DNA from: Epiperipatus broadwayi
Taxonomy: Eukaryota > Animalia > Onychophora
Reading direction: 5' to 3'
Length of the DNA: 64,000 bases
Assembly: GCA_028023455.1 (NCBI GenBank)
Contig: JAQFVV010000004.1
Coordinates: 13,268,001 to 13,332,000 of the forward strand
The notes under the pieces were generated by a model that ran no database searches, was not told the origin of the DNA, and saw only the letters and a program-made list of their open reading frames with translations. How positions within the stretch are numbered: the first letter of the stretch is position 1; each line of letters opens with the position of its first letter. The translations under genes and the position numbers were made by a program. This document shows, piece by piece, positions 28,336 through 39,879 of this stretch.

Positions 28336-28380
28336 TCTTCACTGATGATAGCAAATCAGCTTGAAATCATGATCTGAGGG
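28336..28380 (+). ncRNA. Minimal type I hammerhead ribozyme motif (family D), intact core
   Basis: TCTTCA CTGATGA TAGC AAATCA GCTT GAAA TCATGA TC TGAGGG; predicted cut after C28374. Confidence 0.85.
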
Positions 28381-28737
28381 TGAAACTAACAAAAGAGATA
28401 GTGAATGTTTACTCTGACATTTATGTAAAAAAACATATGTTTGACGATGTTTTTGGTAAAACGCCATCTATTGATCATAAATAAAAGCGTTAGCAAGTTT
28501 AACTTTTTTTTTTTGTTTTTCATAAATGAACTTTTGAAGTTTTCTTGCAATGATATATATTGCAGAGGCTTCTACTATGTGGTGATACTGAACTGATATC
28601 AGACCCATATAGCTATCTGGCTTGGTATGCTGAGTTTGAAGACATTACATGTCTAAAAGTTTCACACTTGCAAGCTGAATAGAAATTATTTCATAAACGC
28701 CCAGAGTGAGTGTTTAGATCTAGTTTCTTATTCCTAT

Positions 28738-28782
28738 CCTTCACTGATGATAGCAAATCAGCTTGAAATCATGATTTGAGGG
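28738..28782 (+). ncRNA. Hammerhead motif (family D) with C17U at the cleavage site
   Basis: CCTTCA CTGATGA TAGC AAATCA GCTT GAAA TCATGA TT TGAGGG. Confidence 0.75.
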
Positions 28783-29513
28783 TGGAACTAATGAAAGAGA
28801 TAGTAAATGCTTACTCTGATGTTTATGTAAACAAACATATGCTTTGACGGTGTTTTTGGTAAAATGCCAACTATTGATCATAAATACAAGTGTTAGCAAG
28901 TTTAACTTGTTTTTTGTTTTTCATATATATAGAACCATTAGAAACCAGTTAGCCTTGAGCCTTATTACACTTATTATTTCATATATATAGTATAATTTTC
29001 AGGAGATTCCATGTAGTAAAAATAAAATAGCTAACATTTCAGTACAATAACAAGTATTTTTCTCAGAGCATCTTTTTCAAACCTTAACAATGTGGGTGAA
29101 ATTTAAAATCATTACTTTTTCATTTTATTATTTTCTTCTTATATTCAAATTTTATTGATTGAAAAGATTTTATTCTTCAATAGCTTTTTCCAAATATTGT
29201 TTATTTTTTTCTATTCACACTGTTTATTTATGTTATTGGGCCTTTTAAAAATCTCTATAGTTTCTATTAACAGTCTCTGATCACATTGTTCAATTTTAGT
29301 GAGCATATATGTGTTTTATTTAAATTAATCTCATAGTTAGTTAATTTTATGTGTGAATAAATGGCTGACAAATTGTATTTTTCTCTAATTGCCAAAATAT
29401 ATTTAACAGGCAAAACTCTCCATACAGTAGTCCACCTTGTGACAACCAGAGTAATAAATGGATGCCAGAGGCTTGTGCATAAAATCCATATCTAGTGCCT
29501 ACTCATCCAATAT

Positions 29514-29553
29514 CCCCAGAGTATTTTCTGGCTTTTGGCCTTCATCAGTGAGG
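29514..29553 (-). ncRNA. Hammerhead motif (family B left arm)
   Basis: CCTCA CTGATGA AGGC CAAAA GCCA GAAA ATAC TC TGGGG; the helix III palindrome is degraded. Confidence 0.7.
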
Positions 29554-29677
29554 AACCTTGGATCTGAGAGCCCTGCAACTAGATTTTAGGATCCAATGCA
29601 ACCCTCCGGCAGCTACCTTTTATTTCTACTTAACTACAAAACTAAGATCTAGGTGCAGTGTTCTCAGATCCAAGGCT

Positions 29678-29717
29678 CCTCACTGATGAAGGCCACAAGC
29701 CAGAAACTAGTCTGGGG
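29678..29717 (+). ncRNA. Minimal type I hammerhead ribozyme motif (family B), GTC cleavage triplet
   Basis: CCTCA CTGATGA AGGC CACAA GCCA GAAA CTAG TC TGGGG; palindrome ACTAGT; helix I extends through ATCCAA/TTGGAT. Confidence 0.85.
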
Positions 29718-30054
29718 ATATTGGATGAGTAGGCATTAGATAGAGATTTTATGCTCAAACCTTCTGACATCCACTGATTATTCTGGTTGGCACAGGGTGG
29801 CAATACTGTATGGAGAGTTTGCCTGTTTAATAACAGTTATGTGCTAGCATAAAAATGGTGATCATGTGATGTTTAGTGGTTTAACAAAATATATTTATTT
29901 TATGATTGATCTGTCCTATGTATAAATGTGAACAAACTCCACATGGAATTTCATATACAACATGACATTCTATGGAAATCTCCCAAAAATGATAGTATAA
30001 AATCATTTATTTGTGAGAATATTAGAATCAACACACACAAACATATATATATAT

Positions 30055-31640
30055 ATTGTACCAGGTCAAACCACCGAAACCACTTACTTATACGTATATA
30101 TAAGTTTTGGCCGGTTTCAAACTCTTTTCTAATACATTTATAATCTTATAAATGCTACGTGGACGAACCAGCACCTTCGAGCAAAATGGGAGATCTTATT
30201 GATAGCTTTAACTATCAAAAATGGCCTATCTTGGCTGCTATATTCAAACCCCTACTATCCAAATACTTTGTTTCGGGGTAAACCCCGGGGTGCCAGCTAG
30301 TCTGAGGTCTAATGTATTTGGGCAGTAGGCTCATAATCCAGTGCTCGAAACATTCCCTAAAACTAGCTCAGTCTAATTTTAATTCAATAATGAAATTATA
30401 CAAAATTTGTGGTGGAAAGAATTAATAAAAGGTTGGTAAAAAGAATTGACTGACAAATAAAGTTTAAGTTTGAAGACATTTTATTTTAATTAACATTAAT
30501 TAAGTTTAAAGATAATTTATTACCCAATATTTATTGACTAAATTTAAACATCTTTATAAATCTAATATAATACACACACATTCTAAATTAGCATTTCTAA
30601 ACTAGTTTAAATATTCTTGTAGATTTTAATAGTAGAACACTGGTATTTATCTAATTTAACTAATAACACTGATATAATGATCACACACATTATTAACTCA
30701 TATATCATTCACAAATATAATAATAAAGCATTAATAGCATTTGAAACTTAAACACACATATCAATAATTCATTTAAGTATGATAGAGTTCATATAATTTG
30801 AATCTTGAATATTTACAAATTACAGCAGTGGCTACTATGTATAAATGATAATAAATAAATGTTTACCTAGGATTTTTGGAACAGGGATATTGCTTGTTGT
30901 TGGCTGCTTCTGCTGCTTCTGATGGATTATATCTAACTGGTTAGATTTGTATGTTTCTTGAAGAGATTTTATGTGAATCCATTGGCTTTATTCTTGAAGA
31001 CAGTTGAATGTTTGATGGAGGATTTCTGAGTTGTTATGCAGACATTATTTCACAGGCAAGTTTTGATGATCTTGTTGGACTAAAAAGGCTGAAGCACGAG
31101 CATATATTTCCAAAAGCTGCTCAACAATGCATTTTTGTTTCTGAATACATAATAGAAATGCACTGTTATCTCAATTGACTGAAAAAAACTGCCAACTAGA
31201 CTGAAAAAAACTGACTCCAATAAAAAAATCTGGCTATTTATGTATCCAAATTGTTTTCATTTTAATATCCTCTGGCAAAAGGTGCAATAGGTGTTGTCGA
31301 AATTCCATTAGTAATTAATCCTATGACAATGTGTTTTTGTCAATTGTTTAATTAGTAGTACCTATTTTAAAATGTGTTGTTTTCATATCTTTAATTAGTA
31401 GTCCACCACTGTGTTTTTAAATAAATCTTTATTTAACTTAATAGCCATCGCTGTGTTTTCCAAATATAATTTCTTTTTTAACTTTCATTTACATATATAT
31501 ATATATTTAATATTATTCTCACACGCATACATTTATTTACACTCGCACGCACATATATAATTTATTATAATAAGTTTGAAAGAAAAGAGATTTATATTTT
31601 TTTTAAATTTTAAATTACTTATTTTTACGAATACTAATTT
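30055..31640 (-). mobile_element. Family E, ~1.6-kb unclassified dispersed repeat, copy 1
   Basis: Colinear reverse-complement similarity to ~37480-38997 across the GC-richer terminus, the AT-rich middle and a decayed coding-like block. Confidence 0.75.
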
Positions 31641-31844
31641 AGAAAAACTTTACTTTCTTTTATAACCTTCTTAGTTTGACTGTAAGAAAACCCCCTTCCC
31701 ACTTTTAATCTTTTATTTCAAATTCTTTTACGAAAGATTTTTTTTCTTTTTATTTTAATAATTTTTTTAGACAAAATTATTTTATATACATGTGCCAAAT
31801 TGGCCTTGGCACAATATATATATATATTCACATTTTACACCTAT

Positions 31845-32550
31845 ATAAAATAGCTTTCTGTATTTAAATCCATATAACAACTTGAGTTTGAAGTAAAAAT
31901 GGACCTCATTTTACTTCAACAAAAAACCCTTAGAAATGAGCTATTAAAAGTTAATGGAAAAAATTTGTTTAGCCTCACGTTAATTGTCAATTAGTAGTAA
32001 TTAACAGTTTTTTGGCAACATTAAAAGGCAAAAGTTATCTCTGTTTACATGGATGCAATTTTTTTTCTCATGTGTCATAGCATCAGCCGGGAAGCGAAAC
32101 CACTGCTTGTAAAGCAGCTGTCACTGACCTCTTGACCACCAGTGCACTTTTATTTCTATTTTTTATTATAAAAACAATCCATGAATATATTTAATTCAAC
32201 ATATACAATTATCTGGAGAAGTTTATAAATATTATTTTTAGAATGTCAAAAAAGATGTTATTCTTTCATATTCTCAGAACTATATAAAATAGCATTCTAA
32301 GTTTAAATTCATTTAACAACTTGGGTTTGAAATGAATTATTATCTTTTATTTCAACAAAAAATAAAATAAAAGCACTATTATAGGTTAATGGAGGAAACT
32401 TGTTTAACCTCAAGGGAATTATCAATTGGTAGTAATTGAGATTCCTGGAAACATCAAAAGGCAAAAATTTTCTCTGTTTACATGTATATAATCTCTTTAT
32501 ATATATTCTTTACTATAATAACAATCCATGAATAAATTTAATTCAATATA
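31845..32550. repeat. Old diverged tandem duplication (~31845-32200 versus ~32285-32550)
   Basis: Shared blocks aacaacttg.gtttgaa, gttaatgga, aaaaggcaaaa.tt.tctctgtttacatg, aacaatccatgaat. Confidence 0.75.
32059..32147 (-). mobile_element. tRNA-Gly-derived SINE copy (T-arm partly deleted)
   Basis: Minus strand: gcactggtggtcaagaggtcagtgacagctgctttacaagcagtggtttcgcttcccggctgatgctatgacacatgagaaaaaaaa. Confidence 0.85.
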
Positions 32551-32561
32551 TATATATATTA

Positions 32562-33291
32562 AATACATGTATGGTGTTTATATTTTAAGCTAGGTGTAAT
32601 TAGAGACAACTTGAACCCAGACTTTTAAGCTCCCTTTAGTCATCCACTCCATCTTATGCAGCCGATACACATGACCACACACATAAAAAAAGGCTAATTT
32701 ATCTCCAATATATACATTTTATGCTGGACCAGCACTCATCAGTTGGTCCAGATTATCATCTTCTACACATATATACAATTAGTGCTTGGCTTATATTAAG
32801 ATAGCAAGTCCTCAAACTTTGATGGATGGAGTTTAACCTTCTCCACTCTACAACTCTTCAGTTATCCATATCTTTGAAAATCTAATAATGATGAATTCAG
32901 ATCTTTTGTTTGCCAATTTTTGTTGAGTCATACCCATGTTGACCAAAGTCAATCTAATCCCTCATAAGTAGGATGTTAAGCCCAACTTAAAATATAAATT
33001 CTACACATGTAATTAAAATATGAATGACCAAAGAGTTGGAGAGTGAAGAAGATTGAAACCTGTCTATTAAAGTTTGGGAATTTGCTATTTTAATATAAAC
33101 TAATCACTGATTGTATATACATGTGGAAGATGATAATCTGGACCAGCTGATGAGTGCTGGTTGAGCATAAAATGCATATATTGGAGATCATTTGCCTTTT
33201 TCACAAGTATGTGGTCAATATGTATTGATTGTATGAGATGGAATGAATAACTAAAGGGAGATTGAATGTCTAGGTTCAAATCCCCTCTACT
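32562..33291. mobile_element. Family A fold-back copy (older), with hammerheads at 32705-32746 (-) and 33143-33184 (+) both showing GAAA->AAAA
   Basis: Arms ~32610-32865 and ~33035-33290 are reverse complements and homologous to 10722-11609; a low-complexity 15-bp repeat tatatatatatatta occurs at 32547-32561 and 33292-33306. Confidence 0.8.
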
Positions 33292-33327
33292 TATATATAT
33301 ATATATTACTACATAAAATTTTTAATG

Positions 33328-33703
33328 GATTTATAAATAGAAAATATTTCTGTGGAGTTAACTTATTTATAATTATTTAATTAAAAGCTCTTTACTTAGA
33401 ATAATAACTAGTCAAGGTTAGCTGCCTTAGGCTAAGAGTGAAAGTAACCTGTCATGTTATTGCATTCAAAAGCAAAATTCTTTATTGAATGCCATCTAGA
33501 TCTAACATAAAGACAAAACACTAACATCTATAGATATAAGAAATCAAATCAGTCGCATACTTTTCAATTTTATTACTTATTGTAATAAACATCTTCTCTG
33601 GTAGGTTTGTATTATAATATATTTTTAATGGGTGTTTAGATGAAATATTTGTGTGGAGTTATTTATTTATAATAATTTAGTTGGAAAGCTCTTTACTTAG
33701 GAT
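33328..33703. repeat. ~75-bp direct repeats about 305 bp apart (33328-33402, 33633-33703)
   Basis: aaatatt..tgtggagtta..tatttataat.atttagtt..aaagctctttacttag occurs twice. Confidence 0.65.
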
Positions 33704-33759
33704 TTCAATCAATCAATATGTACATATATACATAAACACTAAATTAAGCAGCTCAATAT

Positions 33760-34960
33760 ATCTGTAAACAAAGGAAGTAAATCACTATCCCTCAGGCTAC
33801 CAATTAAAAACACCCTAAATGTTGAATAAGAAGCAAGAATAAAATTATTTATTCTTGGAGCTCTAATGTTTATAAGAATATCCTTTTCAACATTGTTGAT
33901 AATTCAGCATAAAATTAATATGACATTCTGGTATATGATTCCTAATAGTTATTAAACTAATAATTAATTATGCAAGGCTGGAAAATGAATTTGTCTTTTA
34001 ACACCTTGATTATAATAAAAGTATTAATCTATTTTTCTAAAAACATCTAAGCAAATTCCTAACTTACAAAAAATTTTGGCCAAGAGCTTCATCAATCAAT
34101 GAAGGAAAAGCAAACAGACAGCACTTTAAAGGGAATCCATATCATTTTCTCAGATTTCCCTTCTATTTAAATAACTTGGCAATACGGAACCGCATACAAC
34201 AAAAAGTTTATGAAAAAAGTCAATGCCTAGTAAACTCACTTTTTAAATCATGTCTAACTGTCAGGAAACTTCTCTTTTTAACCTCCTCATTATAACAACA
34301 ATTTTACATTTCTCACTGATAATAGTTTATTAGAAAAATATATTGTCAATTAAAAAGACTACTTTGGGAAAATCACATAGCAGCTATCTCACTAAATCGG
34401 CTATAAAAACCACTAAATCTCAATGGTCTTAAATTACATATAATTAATATATTCAAATTCAAAAAACAGCAAATCTTTTAATTTCATGTTATAACTTATT
34501 CCCACATATAATAGAAACATTATAAGTTTTGCCAAATAAAAAATCTCCCTCACAACGTAATTTCTGGGAAAGTTTCAGCCTGCCACTTTGCACAATTCTT
34601 AACATTAACCTTTTCTTCTCCAGTCCCAAATACAAATATTATCATTTATTTAGTCTTATTCAAATCTCTTCTTAAGATTAGGAAATAAACCAATACTTAA
34701 TATAAACAACAAATAACTATTACTAAATGTAAATTCTGATCACTTGAACTGGGTATCTGGATTTTTTCATCAAGATAAGCTTAGAATCCATACTTACATT
34801 TCATTTTTCTAGAGATAGAAGTCAAGTACAATAATGTTAATGAGCATTGTAACCTTTGTCATTGTCATAAAGATATTGAAAAACAATACCATCTCATCTT
34901 TGAATGTATAAGCTTTGAGAATATCCATACAGCAATACCAAAACTTTTTTATAACTCCAG
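33760..34960 (+). pseudogene. Degraded non-LTR retrotransposon 3' region with CCHC-type C-terminal motif
   Basis: EHCNLCHCHKDIEKQYHLIFECIALR at ~34842-34919; upstream frames are broken. Confidence 0.45.
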
Positions 34961-35997
34961 ATACAGCATTAACACCCATTCTAAGCATTCAAACAAGGTA
35001 TATATGCAAACATTTCCCTTATAACTGCAATTCCAGAAGATACCTGAACACCTTCTGGAATAAACTGGAAAATATCAAGGAATGAGTAAAAAACTATCAC
35101 CTCACACAATGTTTAAAACCACTTGTCCATAATGTGACAGCTGAAATAGTGAAAAGACTTTAAGACTAAGCACTTTATAACTTGATGAATTGTTTTCCCC
35201 TTAATTAACTTTAAAACTGTTAATGTAAATATTGATGTATGTAATAATAATGTAAAACCACAGTTCTTAATTTGTAACATTTCATAGACTTTCCTTCACT
35301 ATCATATATATGTGGTTTGAATCTTATGTGATTTACTCTTATTGAGCATAAATAAAAAATTTCAAATGTATTATTTTATTTGCGCTTTCATTTAATATTA
35401 TAATATTTTTTTAAAGACTCAAAATTAATTGAGTAAAGATGGTTTTTAATTTTGTTAGGACATATTGCTTTGTAAAACTTTTTTTTTTCAGATTAAAAAA
35501 AGATGAACTTTTTGTAGAACGAAATCTAATTGCAAAAATTATAAACGCTGAAACCTAATAAATGTTATTCAGAATAAAAAAAATTGAATCCAAAGATACG
35601 TCAAATTTGTTTTTCGTTAATTACAAAAACTGCCTGTTAATTTTATCAAAAGAGAAAAAAAAGTTATTTATTTATATTATAATTATTATGAAATATTAAA
35701 ATCTTATAATAAAAAAATATTAAAGATTTAAATAAAAAATGGTTATATTTAATTATCTAACAATTGACATAAAAATACATAAATAAATGTTCAATTAAAA
35801 AAAGGAAACAATATTATACAAATCAATTCTGCACAAAAAATAAAGATTAAGAGAATAAGTACCATTCAGAAGACATTTTATTATTTTTTGATTTTATTTG
35901 AAATATAATAAAATATTATCATCCTCATCATTCTAAATTATCTGCGAAAGAGAATTCTTGCAACGTTTAAAAAAATCGTCTAACACCTTTTTATTCA

Positions 35998-36592
35998 TTG
36001 CAGGAAATCAAGTCATACGTCACGTAACTTAATTTAATAAGCTTGTACTACAAATGTTATATAATGAGCGTGCTAATAGCTCTTAACAAGCTTCTCCGAA
36101 TATCCCTATTCTCAGACCGGTTTCTAGATCTGGCTGTAGTCAACGAGGCACTAGGATATTCAGGTATTAGATTTAAAAATACCTGGTCAAGCCCAACATT
36201 TATCTAATAGTTAACTTTTAAGTAGAAAATCTAAAATTTTTAGGCATCCATATGTCTTCAAATCCAGCTGTGCAACTTACATAGCCATATGGGACTAAAC
36301 TCTGTTAAGATATATTACATATTAATAGCTTTAGCAATATAAAATCATTAAAGCCTCAAGAGCAAAACAATAACTGCAAGAAAATCAAATCATACATCAT
36401 GTGACTTAATTTAATAAATGTGTACTACAAATGTTATATAATGATCATGCTAATATTTATAATATAATATATACAATATGGTGTGTCTGACCTTAATTTA
36501 GTCCCATAAGACTATTTAAGTTAAATAGCTGGATTTGAAGACACATGGACATCTGAAAACTAGATTTTCTACTTAATAGTTAACTATTAGCT
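35998..36592. mobile_element. Family K: ~380-bp partial tandem plus inverted segment; decayed hammerhead at 36098-36161 (-)
   Basis: Direct repeats ~35998-36077 and ~36377-36456; inverted ~36203-36305 versus ~36495-36592; minus strand GAATATCCTA gtgc CTCG TTGACTA CAGCCAGATCTA GAAA CCGG TC TGAG aa TAGGGATATTC. Confidence 0.7.
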
Positions 36593-36599
36593 ACATGCT

Positions 36600-37390
36600 A
36601 CATTGTCCATCACTCAGCATTCTTGGGTCTTTCATTGACGAAAAGGTAAAACGCTATTCTACAGACACATTGTTAATCCAGCAAGCAATTAAAGCTGGCA
36701 ATTTTGCTAACATTAGATTAGCAATTTTCCTATCCCTCGCCATCTGGATAACAAGATGCAGTTTTGTTCTGGGCAATGCGAACACCAGTACCCTTCAAGT
36801 ATTTAAAACACTCATCAAGGGTAATATCATCAGAGATAAAATGCTTGCTCTGGATTGGCTGGATCAACAAACCTGGGCCAGCACCTCTATGCTAGTGCAC
36901 TAATTATTGCAAAGATATCAATGATCAAATATGAGTCTCGCCTCATCAATGCAATACCAAAATGAGCTCAGTCATATATATGGAAACTCTACAATACTAT
37001 CTAAAGACTACCAATTAGTGGATTGATCACACTATCTACCTTAAGAATAAAAGCTAACAAATTTAATCATGAACTGAATGACTTAACTTATAAGAAAGTG
37101 GACGGACTGATCTCGGGATGCTTGGGCTCAGACTGACGGATTGGGAGTGAATCAATGACCTTGTCAGTGTTCTCCCAGCCCACTTAGCCTCTGCTTCACA
37201 TCTTGACTTTAAACCTATACTCATTATAAATTTGGATGTGCCTTTCAATGCTCAATGAGGCATACATAATTGTTCAACTGGGACACAGTATGGACCAATC
37301 TAGAATACTACTGAAGCATTGATCCAACATTCATGTATATATCCACTTCTCATTTGGCTATGGACATTGCTTGGTATTCATGTAATCATC
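36600..37390 (-). pseudogene. Possible CR1/L2-like LINE 3' remnant
   Basis: Minus strand NASVVF*IGPYCVPVEQLCMPH*ALKGTSKFI resembles EYASVVWSP...LExVQRRATKFI. Confidence 0.4.
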
Positions 37391-37479
37391 ATTGTATAAA
37401 ATTGTATAAATCATTTAAATAAATCGTTATTTTTTAAAAAAAAAAGTTGCAATTAGTTAATTAGAAACGTCAAACTAGA

Positions 37480-38997
37480 AGTTTTGAGTTTAAAGAGTTG
37501 TCATATTATTATTATTAGTTGAAATATAATTCAAAAGCCTAAAAAAATATAAATCTCTTTATTTAAATTAAAGAAAAAAAAAGTAATCTTAAAACTAGTT
37601 TTGATTTTAGAATAGTAAAATATATATGTGCAATTGTAAATAATAGAATAAATGTATGCGTAATAAATGTTAAAATGAAATAAATGAATACAGAAGATTA
37701 TCATTAAAAAACATGGCGGTGGCTATTGATTAAAAATATAAAACAACACGTTTGCACAGCTACTACTAATTAAACAATCTTCAAAAACATGTGATTATCA
37801 AAGGAATTTCGACAAAAGATATTGCCAGCGGACATGAAAATAAAAACACTTCTCATATATAAATATCCAATTTTTTTATCATCAGTCAGTCAAATTAATT
37901 GCATGAGTGAGGACAATCAGTTGAGTTGAGAGAGATAACAGTCAAGTTAATTGCATCAGAGTTGCATTACAGCCCAGACATCTATCAGTGAGTTATATCA
38001 GAATCAAGAATGCAGTGTTAAAACCTCGGAAAACATACGACTTTCTCCCAGCCTGAGTCCCAGAGTAACAGCAAAATCTGCCCATGAAAATAATGCCTGC
38101 ATAACAACCTGAAGCTGCTCAATATCTAATTGTCTCTAATAATAAAAAAATGAATAATAATGAAACTCCTCAAGGAAATGTCCCAGCTGGCTGAAAATAT
38201 CCGTAAAGGAAGCAGCAACCAAGAAGAAAACAAAATTCTAAATCTACGTTCAAAATCCTAGGTAAAACATTTTCTTATTTTCATTTATACAGTAGCCATT
38301 GCATTTGTGTGAATCCTCCAAGAGTCAAGGATATGAACTCTATATCATACATAAAATGAACTATTGATATGTGTGTTTAAGTTTCAAATACTATTTAATG
38401 ATTTATTATTATATATGTGAGTGTATGAGTTAAATATGTGCATGATAAAAATACCAATATTATGTTAGTTAAAAATTATAAAGATATTTAAATTTAGTAT
38501 AATTAATGTTAGTTAAAATAAATTGTCTTTAAACTAAAACTTTATTTGTCGGTCAATTCTTTTTACCAATTCTTTTACCAATCTTTTCATCAATTCTTTT
38601 ATCCATTTTTATCAATTCTTTTCACCACTAATTTTGTATAATCTGCTATTGATTAAAAATAGACTGAGCTAGTCAAGGGATTTTTCGAGCGCTGGATTAT
38701 GAGCCTACTGTCCGAACATGTTAGTCTTAGACGAGCTGGCACCTGGGGTTTACTCCTAAACAAATAAAGTGTTTGGATAGTAGGGGTTTGAATCTAGCAG
38801 CCGAGGTGGGCCACGATCTGATCGTTGATATTGTTGATAGTTAAATATCAATATTTTCCACTTTGCTCGAACGTGCCGGTTCGTTCACGTAACATTTATA
38901 ATTAAATAAGATTATAAATGTATTATAAAGAAGTTTGTAACCAGCCAAAACATTTGCAGTGTAAGTAAGATTTTCTGAGGATCGAACCCGGTACAAT
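37480..38997 (+). mobile_element. Family E, copy 2
   Basis: Reverse complement of 30055-31640; decayed reading frame ending ...ILNLRSKS* near 38260; structured GC-richer 3' end. Confidence 0.75.
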
Positions 38998-39024
38998 ATA
39001 TATGCATTATAACCAGTTGTCTTG

Positions 39025-39270
39025 ATGATGACATTAAAGGCAGTCTATTGGGTTACATTACAACAACAAATGTAACTGGATTACAAGTATATAGGTTGAT
39101 GGACTACTGACTCAATCATGATTTATGATGCATTTACTGAAAGGTATTATCAGTTTAAAGTCTACTTCTGATAATGTTAACTCAACAATAGCAATATTTC
39201 CTGCTCATCATATAAATATAACTTATGATGCCTGAGTTAACTAGTCTATGGATATACTATTGAAAACCCA
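39025..39270 (+). repeat. Unclassified ~250-bp dispersed repeat (partner at ~47000-47240)
   Basis: Shared aacaaatgt.ac, gatggactactga, atttatgatg, tttaaagt, taatattt..ctgctcatcat, aatataacttat.atgcct. Confidence 0.6.
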
Positions 39271-39879
39271 CTAAGATATTACTAACAATTTTTATTAGAA
39301 CTTATATCTATTAGTAGACATCCTGTTAGCACTGAATCATAGCTTTTAGGTTCATGGAACTTATTTGGGTTGTTGCACTAATCAGATAATTTGATGAAAT
39401 AAATAAATGAAAGGTAAATAAAGCAAAAATATATCAAAACGATAGTTTTATTGCAAAAATAGTAATATGTAAGATATTTCCACATCTTCCCAAACTATGG
39501 GCAGAATAACCCCTGACAAGTAATCTGCATTAGATAATGATTATCCTTTTTTATAAATTAAATAAATACATACATAAACACTATTTTTGTTATTCCAGAT
39601 GCCCAATCAAAGTTTGAATCACACTTTTGAATCAGAGTAAATAATGATAATAATACATGTATCTAATTCCTCAATTAAAAATTAGATAATACATAAAAAG
39701 AAATATAATATAAATATTAGTGTAAGTAGATTAATATAAACAAAAATTGATACAGATTAATGGTTAACCAATTAAGAAAAAAAAATATAATAATGAAAAT
39801 AAGAACTCTTATTTTAGTTTAGTTTATCTTTTGCTGGAACAAAGTAGTTACATAAAAAAACTAACACTTTATTCATTCC

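Larger units (their letters stand above)
27612..28925. mobile_element. Family D array: ~401-bp tandem monomers followed by inverted tandem monomers, with four hammerhead motifs
   Basis: atgatcaatagatggc occurs at 27612 and 28013; the inversion junction is at 28315/28316; the reverse-complement copies run to ~28925; the array is embedded in (TA)n. Confidence 0.92.
29405..29884. mobile_element. Family B full fold-back element: ~165-bp inverted arms, ~90-bp spacer, ~55-nt tail, 13-bp TSD
   Basis: Arms ~29405-29570 and ~29660-29827; caaaatatattta occurs at 29393-29405 and 29885-29897. Confidence 0.9.

Noticed and set aside
27612-28925. CRISPR-like or satellite array
   Set aside because: The units are ~400-bp whole monomers with no unique spacers, and there are no cas genes; the context is eukaryotic.
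36115-36162. 48-nt exon with AG/GT boundaries
   Set aside because: Better explained as the reverse strand of a hammerhead inside repeat family K.
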